DNA of 64,000 nt from Chloroflexota bacterium (GTDB lineage Bacteria > Chloroflexota > Anaerolineae > UBA2200): positions 36,756 to 100,755 of the forward strand of contig JAUWJD010000007.1 in the NCBI GenBank assembly GCA_030607875.1, given 5' to 3'. Positions 18,031 to 27,249 of the stretch are shown piece after piece (position 1 is the first letter of the stretch; each line of letters opens with the position of its first letter). Below the pieces are notes generated by a model that saw only the letters and a program-made list of their open reading frames with translations, was not told the DNA's origin and made no database searches. A program made the position numbers and the translations under genes.

Positions 18031-20424
18031 CTACCGAGAGCTCCCTGTCCGCACCCAGTACTGTTCTCCATCGGTGGTGACCTCCACCGTTCCCACCTGG
18101 TCTGTGCGCAGGATCCGTATGCCAGCGTGTTCCAAGCAGGCCAGTGTCTCCTCGGTCGGATGACCGAAGCGGTTGTCTGCGCCAACGGAGATGACCGCCA
18201 GGTCCGGGCTGGTCGCCGCCAACATGTCCTCGTTCACCGCCTCATCGCTGCCATGGTGGGGAACCTTGAGCACGGTGCAGGCCAGTGTCCAGCCTGTGTC
18301 TCTCAAGCTCAGCAGGCCCTCCGCCTCCAGATCTGCGGTGAAAAGAAAGGAAACCTCCTGCCAGGTCAGGCGGGCGATGAGCGAAGTCTCGTCCAGATTG
18401 TCTTCGTCCCGAGCCCGGGGAGTCAAGACCTCCATCGTCGGGCCGTCGCCCAAGTCCACCCGCAACGACTGTTGAACCACCAGCAGCGGGATGCTCTGCT
18501 CATGCAGCAGTGCCTGCCACTGTTGATACACCCCCGAGTGATGTGAAACATCGCTCACCAGCACTTGTTGGACATGGTATCTTTCCAGTACAGGCAGCAG
18601 GCCGCGCAGGTGGTCGTCATGGGGATGTGACAGCAGGATGATGTCAATCCGGCGGTCCCAGAAAGGCAGGCGCCGTCCCAAGGCCGCCAGCAAGGCGGCA
18701 GGGCTGGGGCCGCCGTCGATCAGCAAGCGCTGGCCGGCTGGTGTCTGGATCAGCATGGCATCCCCCTGACCGACGTCCAGAAAGGCCACGTGCAGCTTGC
18801 CATCGGGCAGGCTGGCCACCGCTGCCCACACCAGAACCAGGGCGATGACCAGAGCGGAGAATGCAGCTTTGCGCACCGCACCCCTTCGCAGCAGCCGCTT
18901 CAGTGCCTGTGGAGGAATGAGGCCAGAGGGTGGGCTGAGAGTGAACAGCACGAGCAAACCATAGTAGGCCAGCGGAACGGCGGGATGGATGCTGCTGGTT
19001 GCCCCCGAAGTTTGGACCCAGTTTGCCATCACCTCCACAACGCGGATGGTGTAGGTCAGGAACAGCCAGGCCGCCCAGCCGAGCCATTGCCCCAGGGGAA
19101 GGTAAGCCAGCCCAAGCATAGCCGCAGTGCTGCCCAGGTACATGATGGGGGGGTGCACTGGCAGGATGAGCAGGTTGGCCAGCAGGCTGAGCGGTGAGAA
19201 GTGGCCAAAGTGGTATACCAGCAGTGGTAGGACGGTGATCTGTGCGGCCACCGTGATCACCAAGCTGTCGTTCACCAGCCGTGTGGCGCGTTCTGCGGTC
19301 TCCATCGAGACAAACCTGCCGAGCAAACTCTCGAGCCCCTTCTGCAGCTTGTCGGCGTATACGACCAGGCCCAGGCTGGCGGCGAACGAGAGTTGGAAGC
19401 CGATGTCCCACAACACGAAAGGCTGCCAAACAGTCATGAACCACGCGGCAGCCAGCAGGCTGGTCAAGGCATGGCTCCGCCGCCCCACGATCAGGGCCAA
19501 GGCCGTGAGGCCGCCCATGATCGCCGCCCGTACCACCGGCGGCTCCGCGCCCACGAGGAGGGTGTACAGCGCAATAGTGCCTACGGCCACGACGAGTGCC
19601 ACGTAGCGCTGCAAGAGTCGTGAGAAGACCTTGACCAGTGCTGCGGAGATGAGGGTGATGTTGAAGCCAGAGATGGCGATGATGTGTACGGTGCCCGTGG
19701 CGCTGAATTTGTCCATTAACAATCGGGGAATGCCCTCATCGCTGCCGACCAGGATGCCGGTCAGAAGTGCGGCTTCCGGTTCAGGCAGGATGGCGGTGAT
19801 GACGCCTTGCGTGCGGCGCTTGAGGGTGTAGAGGAAGGCCAACAGGGGTTTCCCCTGGTCTCGCGCCAGCAGCGTGATCCGCGGGTAGCGCAACAGCGAA
19901 TGGATGCCCTGACGGGCCAGGTAGGTGCGGTAGGAGAAGCCATCAAAGTCGGACGGGGTCTCGAGCTTGCCATAGACTTCCAGTTCGTCTCCGTAGCGGT
20001 AGGTCTCGTAGCTGGGCACCTGCACGAGCACCTCGCCATGCATAGGCATCCAGGTGCCATCGGCCTTCAATTCGTGCACCGCCACCTGCAGGTTGGCCCA
20101 GCGGTCGCGAGGCAGCGGCGCGTTGACCACCAGGCCGCGAAGAACGACGCTCTCGCCGTCGTTGTAGGCTGCGACAGGGCCGGGCGTCAGTGTAGGGCGC
20201 GCCAGGTCGTAACGCCACAGTCCCAGGAACACCAGCAGGAGGCAGAGGGTGGCGAGAGGCACCGTCTCGCGTGGACGAGGTTGTGCATGGGCACGCTGGC
20301 GAAGGGCAAAGAAGAGACCCAGGCAGACGGCTGTTCCTGCCGGCGGAATCCACGCCGGTAGGTGGAACAGCGAACCCAGATAGATGCCCAGCAGCCAGGC
20401 ACAGGCGAGATAGATGAGTGTCAT
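18031..20424 (-). CDS. comEC: DNA internalisation competence protein ComEC/Rec2 (with C-terminal metallo-beta-lactamase domain)
   Basis: 797 aa, polytopic membrane N-terminal two-thirds. The C-terminus has VAFLDVGQGDAMLI...LLSHPHDDHLRG...VPHHGS. Confidence 0.9.
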   Translation of the reverse strand: MTLIYLACAWLLGIYLGSLFHLPAWIPPAGTAVCLGLFFALRQRAHAQPRPRETVPLATLCLLLVFLGLWRYDLARPTLTPGPVAAYNDGESVVLRGLVVNAPLPRDRWANLQVAVHELKADGTWMPMHGEVLVQVPSYETYRYGDELEVYGKLETPSDFDGFSYRTYLARQGIHSLLRYPRITLLARDQGKPLLAFLYTLKRRTQGVITAILPEPEAALLTGILVGSDEGIPRLLMDKFSATGTVHIIAISGFNITLISAALVKVFSRLLQRYVALVVAVGTIALYTLLVGAEPPVVRAAIMGGLTALALIVGRRSHALTSLLAAAWFMTVWQPFVLWDIGFQLSFAASLGLVVYADKLQKGLESLLGRFVSMETAERATRLVNDSLVITVAAQITVLPLLVYHFGHFSPLSLLANLLILPVHPPIMYLGSTAAMLGLAYLPLGQWLGWAAWLFLTYTIRVVEVMANWVQTSGATSSIHPAVPLAYYGLLVLFTLSPPSGLIPPQALKRLLRRGAVRKAAFSALVIALVLVWAAVASLPDGKLHVAFLDVGQGDAMLIQTPAGQRLLIDGGPSPAALLAALGRRLPFWDRRIDIILLSHPHDDHLRGLLPVLERYHVQQVLVSDVSHHSGVYQQWQALLHEQSIPLLVVQQSLRVDLGDGPTMEVLTPRARDEDNLDETSLIARLTWQEVSFLFTADLEAEGLLSLRDTGWTLACTVLKVPHHGSDEAVNEDMLAATSPDLAVISVGADNRFGHPTEETLACLEHAGIRILRTDQVGTVEVTTDGEQYWVRTGSSR

Positions 20425-20482
20425 GAGCCCTCATGCCGCTTTGCTACGGTACAACGACGACGGGATCGCTCACTGGCCTGTC

Positions 20483-20511
20483 ATTCTATCCGGTCTTGGC
20501 TGCTTTGGCAA
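20483..20511 (-). promoter_or_regulatory. Putative comEC promoter
   Basis: The reverse strand reads TTGCCA, 17 nt, TAGAAT, about 55 nt upstream of the comEC ATG. Confidence 0.45.
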
Positions 20512-20775
20512 GACTGCAATGTCCTGGCACAACACCGCAAGCTAAGGGCCTGGGCTTTGCCGAAGTCAGGTGCCCGGCACCCTGTTACGTCGAGAATGGG
20601 ACAGTCCTGGGCAAGGGCAGAGTTGCTGTCATCTGGGTCATCAGCGGCAGGGTCGTCACCAGGTCCGCCAATGTCGACAGTTGATTGTCGCTCACAAGCC
20701 GTGGCACGCGCTGGGCAGTCTCCATGAAGTAACCCTGCCAAGCGGATCCTCGGATGCTCTCTGAAGTCCCTCGGA

Positions 20776-20935
20776 GTACGCGATGAGGCCCAGGCTGGAG
20801 AAGCACGAAAGCTGAGCGCTGATGTTTCAGAGAAGGAAGGGATCCCAAACAGTCATGAACCACGCGGCAGCCAGAAGGCTGGTCAAGGCATGGTTCCGGC
20901 CCTTGCCACCGTGGCCCAGGCCCAACCGTGGCAGC
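20776..20935 (-). pseudogene. Degenerate duplicate of an internal comEC segment
   Basis: 20845-20903 is almost identical to 19425-19483 (CCAAACAGTCATGAACCACGCGGCAGCCAG.AGGCTGGTCAAGGCATGG). Weaker similarity extends upstream (GTACGCGATGAGGCCCAGGCTGG vs GTATACGACCAGGCCCAGGCTGG). It translates to ...HALTSLLAAAWFMTVWDPFLL, compared with ComEC SHALTSLLAAAWFMTVWQPFVLW. Confidence 0.7.
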
Positions 20936-21048
20936 GAGCGCGACCCTGGATGCGCCCCGCGCCCAGCGGTCGCGCTGCCTGGCGCAACAAAAACAACGCC
21001 CCCACCGGGCGACCGGTAGGGGCACTCGGCTTCCACCATCGGCTGGCG

Positions 21049-22902
21049 CTAGCTCCGCGCCATTTTGGCCCGCTTTTGCTGTCTGCCACGCTCGTGTGTA
21101 TCCAGAATGACCTTGCGCAGGCGAAAGCTCAGCGGCGTGACCTCGAGCAGCTCATCATCGGCCACGTACTCAATGGCCTCGTCCAGGCTCATGTGGCGCG
21201 CCGCATTCAGGCGCACAGTGATCTCCTTTGTCGATTGGCGAACATTGGTCAGATGCCTGAGTTTGGCCACGTTGACGGCAAGATCTACGGGCCGCTGGTG
21301 CTGGCCCACAATCATGCCCTCGTAGACGGTCACGCCAGGCGTCACGAACAGGATGCCCCGCTCTTCGGCGTTCCTCAGGGCAAAAGTGGTCGTCTGCCCC
21401 GCCTGCGAAGCGATCAATGAGCCGCTGGCCCGCGAAGGGATCTCGCCCGCCATGGGCAGGTAGCCGTGGAAGATAGAGTTCATCACCCCCAGACCGCGTG
21501 TGGCGGTCAGAAACTGGTAGCGAAAGCCAAGCAGTCCCCGCGTAGGCACCAGGTAGGTGAGGTCTACGCTGCCGTCGCCCTTGTCCACCATGTTGAGCAT
21601 CTCGCCGCGTCGGCGACCAAGCAGCTCCACCACCACGCCAACCGCCTCGGGTGTGGTCTCGATGTGTACTTCCTCAAAGGGCTCCAGCAGCTGGCCATTC
21701 TCGTCACGCTGCATCAGCACGGTAGGCCGCGAGACCTGAAACTCGTATCCTTCGCGGCGCATGGTTTCGATCAGGATTCCCAGGTGCAGCTCGCCGCGCC
21801 CGCAGACCTCGAACGTGTCGGGGCTGTCCGTTTCGCGCACGCGCAGCGCTACGTCGCGGCGCAATTCGTCAAACAGGCGCTCGCGCAGCTTGCGCGACGT
21901 GCCCCAGCGTCCCTCTGTGCCAGCTAGCGGGGAGACGTTGACGCCAATGGGCATGCGTACCGTTGGCTCCTCGACCTGAATCCCCGGCAAAGCCACGGGC
22001 TGCTTTGCATCGGCCAGGGTCTCGCCGATAGCCACGTCGCTCAGGCCGGCCACCACAGCGATTTCACCGGCCTCCACCAAGTCCACGTCCACTCGTTCCA
22101 GTCCCTCGTGTACCTGCAGATAGCGTGCCCGTTCGCGGATCAAGGCACCGTCGCGGGTGATGCGCACCAGGTCCTGTCCAGCAACCAGGCGACCGCTCCT
22201 CACACGCCCGATGGCGATGCAGCCACGATGCTCATCATGGTCCCGCGTGGTCACCAGCATCTGAAAAGGGGCATCGGGGTCCACGATGGGTGCTGGCACG
22301 TGGCGCAGAATGGCCTCGAAGAGGGGCTGAAGGTTGGGGCTGAGGTCAGCCGTCCACCCAGCTTGCCCGCTAACGGCATTGCTGTACACGACCGGGAACT
22401 CGGCCTGCTCATCGCTGGCGCCCAGCTCCAGGAACAGATCAAAGGTGCGGTTGAGTGTGTCATTGGGGTTGGCATTCTTACGATCCACCTTGTTGATCAC
22501 CACAATGACGCGGTGGTTCATGGCCAAAGCCTTGCGCAGCACAAAGCGCGTCTGCGGCATCGGGCCGTCGGCGGCATCCACCAGCAGCAACACGCCGTCC
22601 ACCATGTTGAGCACACGCTCGACCTCTCCGCCGAAATCGGCGTGACCGGGCGTGTCCACAATGTTGATCTTGACCGGCTGCGACGTGTCGGCATCCCAGA
22701 TCGTGATGGCTGTGTTCTTGGCCAGAATGGTGATGCCGCGCTCGCGCTCCAGGGCATTCGAGTCCAGCACACGCTCAGCCACCTGCTGGTTCTCGCGAAA
22801 CACGTGCGCCTGCTTGAGCAGGCCATCCACCAGCGTGGTCTTGCCGTGGTCTACGTGAGCGATGATGGCCACATTGCGAAGGTTAGTTCGTTCGGTTAGC
22901 AT
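21049..22902 (-). CDS. typA: Translational GTPase TypA/BipA
   Basis: [38 protein letters not shown]. 617 aa with the EF-G-like domain order. Confidence 0.97.
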   Translation of the reverse strand: MLTERTNLRNVAIIAHVDHGKTTLVDGLLKQAHVFRENQQVAERVLDSNALERERGITILAKNTAITIWDADTSQPVKINIVDTPGHADFGGEVERVLNMVDGVLLLVDAADGPMPQTRFVLRKALAMNHRVIVVINKVDRKNANPNDTLNRTFDLFLELGASDEQAEFPVVYSNAVSGQAGWTADLSPNLQPLFEAILRHVPAPIVDPDAPFQMLVTTRDHDEHRGCIAIGRVRSGRLVAGQDLVRITRDGALIRERARYLQVHEGLERVDVDLVEAGEIAVVAGLSDVAIGETLADAKQPVALPGIQVEEPTVRMPIGVNVSPLAGTEGRWGTSRKLRERLFDELRRDVALRVRETDSPDTFEVCGRGELHLGILIETMRREGYEFQVSRPTVLMQRDENGQLLEPFEEVHIETTPEAVGVVVELLGRRRGEMLNMVDKGDGSVDLTYLVPTRGLLGFRYQFLTATRGLGVMNSIFHGYLPMAGEIPSRASGSLIASQAGQTTTFALRNAEERGILFVTPGVTVYEGMIVGQHQRPVDLAVNVAKLRHLTNVRQSTKEITVRLNAARHMSLDEAIEYVADDELLEVTPLSFRLRKVILDTHERGRQQKRAKMARS

Positions 22903-22924
22903 ATCCTACCACTCGTTCTCCCGG

Positions 22925-22957
22925 CACAAAACACCTCGGCCAGATAGGCCGAGGTGT
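22925..22957 (-). promoter_or_regulatory. Terminator-like hairpin inside the typA 5' leader (possible attenuator)
   Basis: The reverse strand reads ACACCTCGGCC TATCT GGCCGAGGTGT followed by TTTTGTG. It lies between the promoter (22983-23011) and the typA ATG (22902). Confidence 0.5.
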
Positions 22958-22982
22958 CCCAGCGAATCGACTTCAGGCAGCC

Positions 22983-23011
22983 ATTATAGCGCCAAGAGTG
23001 CAGATTGTCAA
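22983..23011 (-). promoter_or_regulatory. typA promoter (perfect consensus)
   Basis: The reverse strand reads TTGACA, 17 nt (ATCTGCACTCTTGGCGC), TATAAT. Confidence 0.65.
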
Positions 23012-23509
23012 TCGCAGAGTGCGCGGTGTCCACGACATCCTCCACTGTCATTGAGCAGGCCACACAATCAGCCAGCCACGAGTGCGCACTGCGCAAGAAG
23101 CTGCGCACGTTGCGCTTGGTGGCGCTGGCACCGTCTCCCATCAAGCTTGCGATCGGCAGGCCCACTATCGATGTGACAGGATCAGGCGGGACGCCATGCC
23201 GGTCATGGCTCCAAAGAACAACGCCAGCATTTCAGGAGCGCCGCCCAATCGATCAAAGTCAGGGTTCTCGACAGGCCTGCCCCAGTCGTGGGCTCCCTCT
23301 TCAATGTAGAATTCGCCCGCTTCTGTAGCAATCCGCAACGGAGGCCGCTCGGACCGCAAAGGCACAACGGGTCGCAAGCAGTGCTGCGCAAGCGACGGTA
23401 TAGTCCTGGGACCCGCGCCGTAGTGGGTCAGGTGTGAAACGGCGAGATGAGATCGGTGACCTCCCGACTGCCAACTGCCAACCTACAACCGCGAACCGTT
23501 CCTGCCCCC

Positions 23510-24043
23510 CTATGCCTTGCGGTCGAAATAGATGTTCTTGCCGCTTGCGGACAGGGGAATGCCCATCACGTAATCGGCATCGATGAGGCCCATTTCGCGC
23601 GCCACCACACCTGCGCGGTACAAGATGCGGTTATCCACGTTCAGCATGCTGGCCGTCTTGACCGCAGAGCCCAGGGCAATGCCCATGTCCAGCAAGCGGA
23701 AAGCGCACTGTGGGCCCTGGAACTCGCCATCGAAGGTATTGGGCTTGATGCATTTCTCTGCACCGCAAGCGCTGCAGTTGAGGCCCACCGCCTTGGCGTC
23801 CTTGATGCCGATGAGCACCACGACGGGAGAAGCGATCACGTTCTTCCCATCCCGGTCAAAGTTGCGCTTGCCCGTTCGTTCGCCAAAGCGAATCATCGCC
23901 TCGCCCAGTTCTCGGCAAGCCTCGCCGGCAACGATCTCCGTCACCACAAAATCCCGGCCTGCCGATTTGGGTGCCGTTCGTGCCGCGATGCACATCAATT
24001 CAGCCACAGTACGCAAAACGTTAGACATTTTCAAACCTCCCAA
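23510..24043 (-). CDS. DUF2148-like ferredoxin-domain protein
   Basis: 177 aa: CIAARTAPKSAGRDFV...VVVLIGIKDAKAVGLNCSACGAEKC. The pattern matches my memory of DUF2148. It lies 27 nt downstream of the topoisomerase gene on the same strand. Confidence 0.65.
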   Translation of the reverse strand: MGGLKMSNVLRTVAELMCIAARTAPKSAGRDFVVTEIVAGEACRELGEAMIRFGERTGKRNFDRDGKNVIASPVVVLIGIKDAKAVGLNCSACGAEKCIKPNTFDGEFQGPQCAFRLLDMGIALGSAVKTASMLNVDNRILYRAGVVAREMGLIDADYVMGIPLSASGKNIYFDRKA

Positions 24044-24070
24044 GCTGAGTATTGAACCACAAAGGCGCTT

Positions 24071-25969
24071 CTATTCTTCTTCGTGTCTTTCCGTTCGCCC
24101 TCGCGTAGCATCTTGGTCGCTCACGACCAACGGCGCTATGACGGGGGTGTCTTTGTGTTGTATCGCCTCCAGGATGGTTGGCTGGCCCTTTGGGTCTGAT
24201 TCGTCGGCTTGCCTGACCCAGGAGAATTTGCGCCGCAAGGTTTTGGGGTAGTACTTTTCCAACACATCGTACTCGACGCGCTGTCCCCACTGGTGCACCA
24301 CGCGCGGATCGATGTACGACTTTAGGCTGGTGGCCAGGTTCCAATCGCGCTTGATCCGGGTCACCCGCCACCGCGCCTTTAGTTTGCCCAGCGAGAGCGC
24401 TGCCCTTCCTAGCCTCTCTTGCGCGGTTGTGATCCTGCGCTCGGCGCGTGCGATCTTCCGCTGATACGAGGCCTGTTTCCTCTCCCGCTGCTTGGGCGTC
24501 TTGCAGGCGGCAATTTTCTCGCCTGCCTCTGTGCGCAGTGCGTGGAGCGCCCCTTTGTATTCCTTAACCTGCGTGCGGTACTTCTGTACCCGCTCCTCCG
24601 CCCTGTGCTTACGCTGATTGTATCTTTCGCGTCTGACCGGCCAGTTGGCAGTGGATTTCTTGGTGTGGTTGCAAAACGTGGCCGCCTCCAGGTTGGCCAT
24701 GTTCACCGCCTGCCACTTCTCGTATTCCAGATCGCTGGACTGGATGTCTGCATCGGCCAGGCTTTCCCGCACCAACTGCGTGGCGTGATGGGTGCGGAAC
24801 ACCTTGGCCGTCAGACCGGGCAGCAGCTCCGAAAGGAAAGCATTGACGTCCTGGCTGTCAATGTCGGGAAAGATCTGCGGTTTGTCACGGGTGGGATGGC
24901 GCTTGCGATTGTTCCGGTTTCCATTGGCGGGCGGTCGAGCGTTGTCGATCAGTTCCTCCAGGTTGCGGTATACTGCCTCTGGCAGTGCCACCTTCTTGTG
25001 CCACCGTATCGAGTCCTTGCCCAGGAAGCGCAACTCGGCCACACCATCGGAGTGCAGCTTGAGATGCTCAGGACGCAGCGTGGTCGCGCCTATGGTGTCG
25101 GCTTCGTCGGGGTCCTTTTCGTCGCCCACGCGCAGGCCCAGCACGTCGATCAAGTAGCAGGCCGTGGCGATCATTCTGCGCTTGGGATCCGGGTGCGACA
25201 ACTGCACCTGGATGCGCGTGCGGACTGGCTCCAACTGGTGGTGCAGTTCAATAGCCTGGTCGAATTTCTCCGCTTCCCGGGCCTGCTTGATGGGAGCGGT
25301 GTCGCTCAACCAGACGTACTTCATCTTGTTGGACAGCTTGTCCTTCCAGCGCGCCACCCACAAGCTGCCCGGCTGCCACACAATCTCCTGCCACTCACCC
25401 GCAGGCCGTGGGGCGTCCGGGCTCAGGTTCAGCGTGACGTCGCTCTGCTGCGCGCCTTCCTTCCAGCGACCCCGAAGGGGATGCCTGCCCCGCCCCATGA
25501 AGATGCCGCTGGGCTCCACCAGGTAGGTGCCCAGTTCGGTGCGCTCACCGTTGACAATGGCGTGGCCGTATTGTTCCTTCAGCGCCTCGCGCTTTGCCTT
25601 GCGCTCCGCGGCGCGCGCCTTGCGCTCCTCCTTGGTCAGGCTGGCCTTGGCTTGACGTTCGGCCTCCACCACCTGGATGGCAGGCGTAAAATCCACCTCG
25701 TCGATGGACAGCGGTGGTTCAAGACCTAACGCAGCGCTGAAATCCTGCAAAAAGTTGCGCACAAAGACGCTGTCTTCGACGTAGGGCGTGCCCTGCTTCT
25801 TGGCCCAGGCCAGGGCCATCTCCTCCTGCTTGGGCATGAGCGGCACCGGCTCCCTCCGCACCGCGAGCACCAGGCTACGTGGCTCCGGTGGAGGCGGGAT
25901 CAGCACGCCGTTGTGGATCAGTTGGGTTAGCAGAGTCGGTTCGTTGTTGTAGTTGTTCTCGGATGCCAT
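24071..25969 (-). CDS. DNA topoisomerase IB, long eukaryote-like form
   Basis: The start is set at MASENNYNNEPTLLTQLIHNGVLIPPPPEP (25969). It aligns along its length with human TOP1 core and C-terminal motifs: VEPSGIFMGRGRHP (EPPGLFRGRGNHP), ADTIGATTLRPEH (ADTVGCCSLRVEH), FLGKDSIRW (FLGKDSIRY), LTAKVFRTHHA (LTAKVFRTYNA), FCNHTK (LCNHQR) and SLKSYIDPRV (SKLNYLDPRI, catalytic Tyr). Confidence 0.9.
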   Translation of the reverse strand: MASENNYNNEPTLLTQLIHNGVLIPPPPEPRSLVLAVRREPVPLMPKQEEMALAWAKKQGTPYVEDSVFVRNFLQDFSAALGLEPPLSIDEVDFTPAIQVVEAERQAKASLTKEERKARAAERKAKREALKEQYGHAIVNGERTELGTYLVEPSGIFMGRGRHPLRGRWKEGAQQSDVTLNLSPDAPRPAGEWQEIVWQPGSLWVARWKDKLSNKMKYVWLSDTAPIKQAREAEKFDQAIELHHQLEPVRTRIQVQLSHPDPKRRMIATACYLIDVLGLRVGDEKDPDEADTIGATTLRPEHLKLHSDGVAELRFLGKDSIRWHKKVALPEAVYRNLEELIDNARPPANGNRNNRKRHPTRDKPQIFPDIDSQDVNAFLSELLPGLTAKVFRTHHATQLVRESLADADIQSSDLEYEKWQAVNMANLEAATFCNHTKKSTANWPVRRERYNQRKHRAEERVQKYRTQVKEYKGALHALRTEAGEKIAACKTPKQRERKQASYQRKIARAERRITTAQERLGRAALSLGKLKARWRVTRIKRDWNLATSLKSYIDPRVVHQWGQRVEYDVLEKYYPKTLRRKFSWVRQADESDPKGQPTILEAIQHKDTPVIAPLVVSDQDATRGRTERHEEE

Positions 25970-25979
25970 ACAAACGCAG

Positions 25980-26007
25980 ATTATAACAGTGAATCTGTAT
26001 GCGACAA
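25980..26007 (-). promoter_or_regulatory. Putative topoisomerase IB promoter; the transcript would be nearly leaderless
   Basis: The reverse strand reads TTGTCG, 16 nt ending in TGT, TATAAT. Only 10 nt separate the -10 hexamer from the ATG at 25969. Confidence 0.45.
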
Positions 26008-26017
26008 AAACACGCGA

Positions 26018-26046
26018 TTGACATTTGCGGTTATGTTGGATATACT
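26018..26046 (+). promoter_or_regulatory. Promoter of the MNT/HEPN pair
   Basis: TTGACA, 17 nt, TATACT, then GGTGAAGAG and the ATG at 26056. Confidence 0.6.
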
Positions 26047-26055
26047 GGTGAAGAG

Positions 26056-26451
26056 ATGAAAACTTGGAGAAGCATTCTAGAGCGAAAAGTGCAAAGGCAA
26101 CAGGCGCTGGAGCGGACTCTTCCCCGCGTCGTCCAGCAATTGAAAGCCCTGGGTGCACTCAAAGTGATCCTCTTTGGTTCTTTTGCCCGGGGTGACACAG
26201 GCCGGTGGAGTGACCTGGATATTATTGCGGTCATGCCCCGTTCCCTGAGCAGCCACGAATGGACAAGAAGGATCTACGCCGAGGTTGACAGAGGCATCGC
26301 CTGTGACATCCTGGCCTACAATGAAACAGATTTGCAGGAGATGCTTTCGACAAGCCGTTTCGTGCGTCGCGCTTTGAAGGAAGGGAAGGTACTCTATGAA
26401 GCGGGAAACACTTCAAGAGGCGCAGCGTTGGCTGATCCACGCCAGGGATGA
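26056..26451 (+). CDS. Nucleotidyltransferase (MNT-type) protein, putative antitoxin partner of HEPN
   Basis: LFGSFARGDTGRWSDLDIIAV is the GSxxRG...SD.D pol-beta-type NTase motif. The start is moved to the ATG at 26056, downstream of the promoter. Confidence 0.8.
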   Translation: MKTWRSILERKVQRQQALERTLPRVVQQLKALGALKVILFGSFARGDTGRWSDLDIIAVMPRSLSSHEWTRRIYAEVDRGIACDILAYNETDLQEMLSTSRFVRRALKEGKVLYEAGNTSRGAALADPRQG

Positions 26452-26812
26452 GTTCCAGGACGCCGACGAGCTGAGGCTCCGTGGGCGGTTCTACCTGGCT
26501 CTCTTCCACTTCCAGCAGGCAACGGAAAAGGCGCTCAAGGCCTTTCTCTACAGCGTCGCTGGCTCTGAGGAGATTTTCTTCACCCACTCGGTATACGAAC
26601 TGATGCAGTGGGCGAAGGAGGCTGCCCCGGAGTTTGAGCAGGTGCAGAAAGCGGTGAAGCTGGACCAGTACTACATCGCTACACGGTATCCCAACAGCTT
26701 GCCCGGAGGTGTGCCGTCCCGTTTCTACACCGATCCCGAGGAAGCGCAGGAGGCCATGGAACTGGCCCAGGCGGTGCTGGAGATGGTCGAGGGCCTGCTG
26801 AGTGAGCGATAG
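26396..26812 (+). CDS. HEPN domain protein
   Basis: 138 aa: AQRWLIHARDEFQDADEL...ALFHFQQATEKALKAFL...YIATRYPN. It overlaps the MNT gene by 56 nt. Confidence 0.8.
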   Translation: MKRETLQEAQRWLIHARDEFQDADELRLRGRFYLALFHFQQATEKALKAFLYSVAGSEEIFFTHSVYELMQWAKEAAPEFEQVQKAVKLDQYYIATRYPNSLPGGVPSRFYTDPEEAQEAMELAQAVLEMVEGLLSER

Positions 26813-26925
26813 GGATGACTGTGCTGGAGAGCCTGAAGAATCATGTGGAGATGCGTCGCACCTCAATGGCTTGAATGCAGCCCCTCGGCGCGGGGCGAAT
26901 GGCGCTTGACGGGGTGTTGTGCGCC

Positions 26926-27190
26926 TCACAACAGCGTCAGGATCTCCGGCTCGCCATCGGTCACAGCGATGGTGTGCTCAAAGTGGGCGCAGAAGCTGTG
27001 GTCTTTGGTGGCCACCGTCCAGGCGTGACGTACGCCTGCGGCTGCCCGACAGTGAGCATTGCCCCCAGGACATGGGACATGCCCGCAGGAGACTGGGTGC
27101 CATGCCACGCCCAACCCAGTGAGCCGATGGTGCTCATCGCCGCGGTGCAGCGCCAGGCAGGGTAACGCGCGGAAATGTGACGGCCCGCTG
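26926..27190 (-). pseudogene. Decayed 3' fragment of a methionine aminopeptidase gene
   Basis: One frame gives [33 protein letters not shown] (compare Map [33 protein letters not shown]). A second frame gives [27 protein letters not shown] (compare GHGIHLRAGMTYALEPMIMIGQPEVYV). There is no 5' part. Confidence 0.8.
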
Positions 27191-27249
27191 CAGGGCCAGC
27201 GCTGTAGCGTCCATTGGATTCATATGTGATCCGCACAAGAGGTAGTAGT

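Noticed and set aside
22896-23165. 89-aa reverse-strand ORF immediately upstream of typA
   Set aside because: It is overlapped by the perfect typA promoter (22983-23011) and the leader hairpin. It has no family resemblance and looks like a chance open frame in GC-rich DNA.
23165-23377. 70-aa ORF with faint resemblance to SCP2 / MDMPI C-terminal-type domains (LRIATEAGEFYIEEGA...ENPDFDRLGGAPEMLALFFG)
   Set aside because: The resemblance rests on pattern memory only. No N-terminal domain is present and the continuation is out of frame. It may be a gene remnant, but I cannot support a call without an HMM search.
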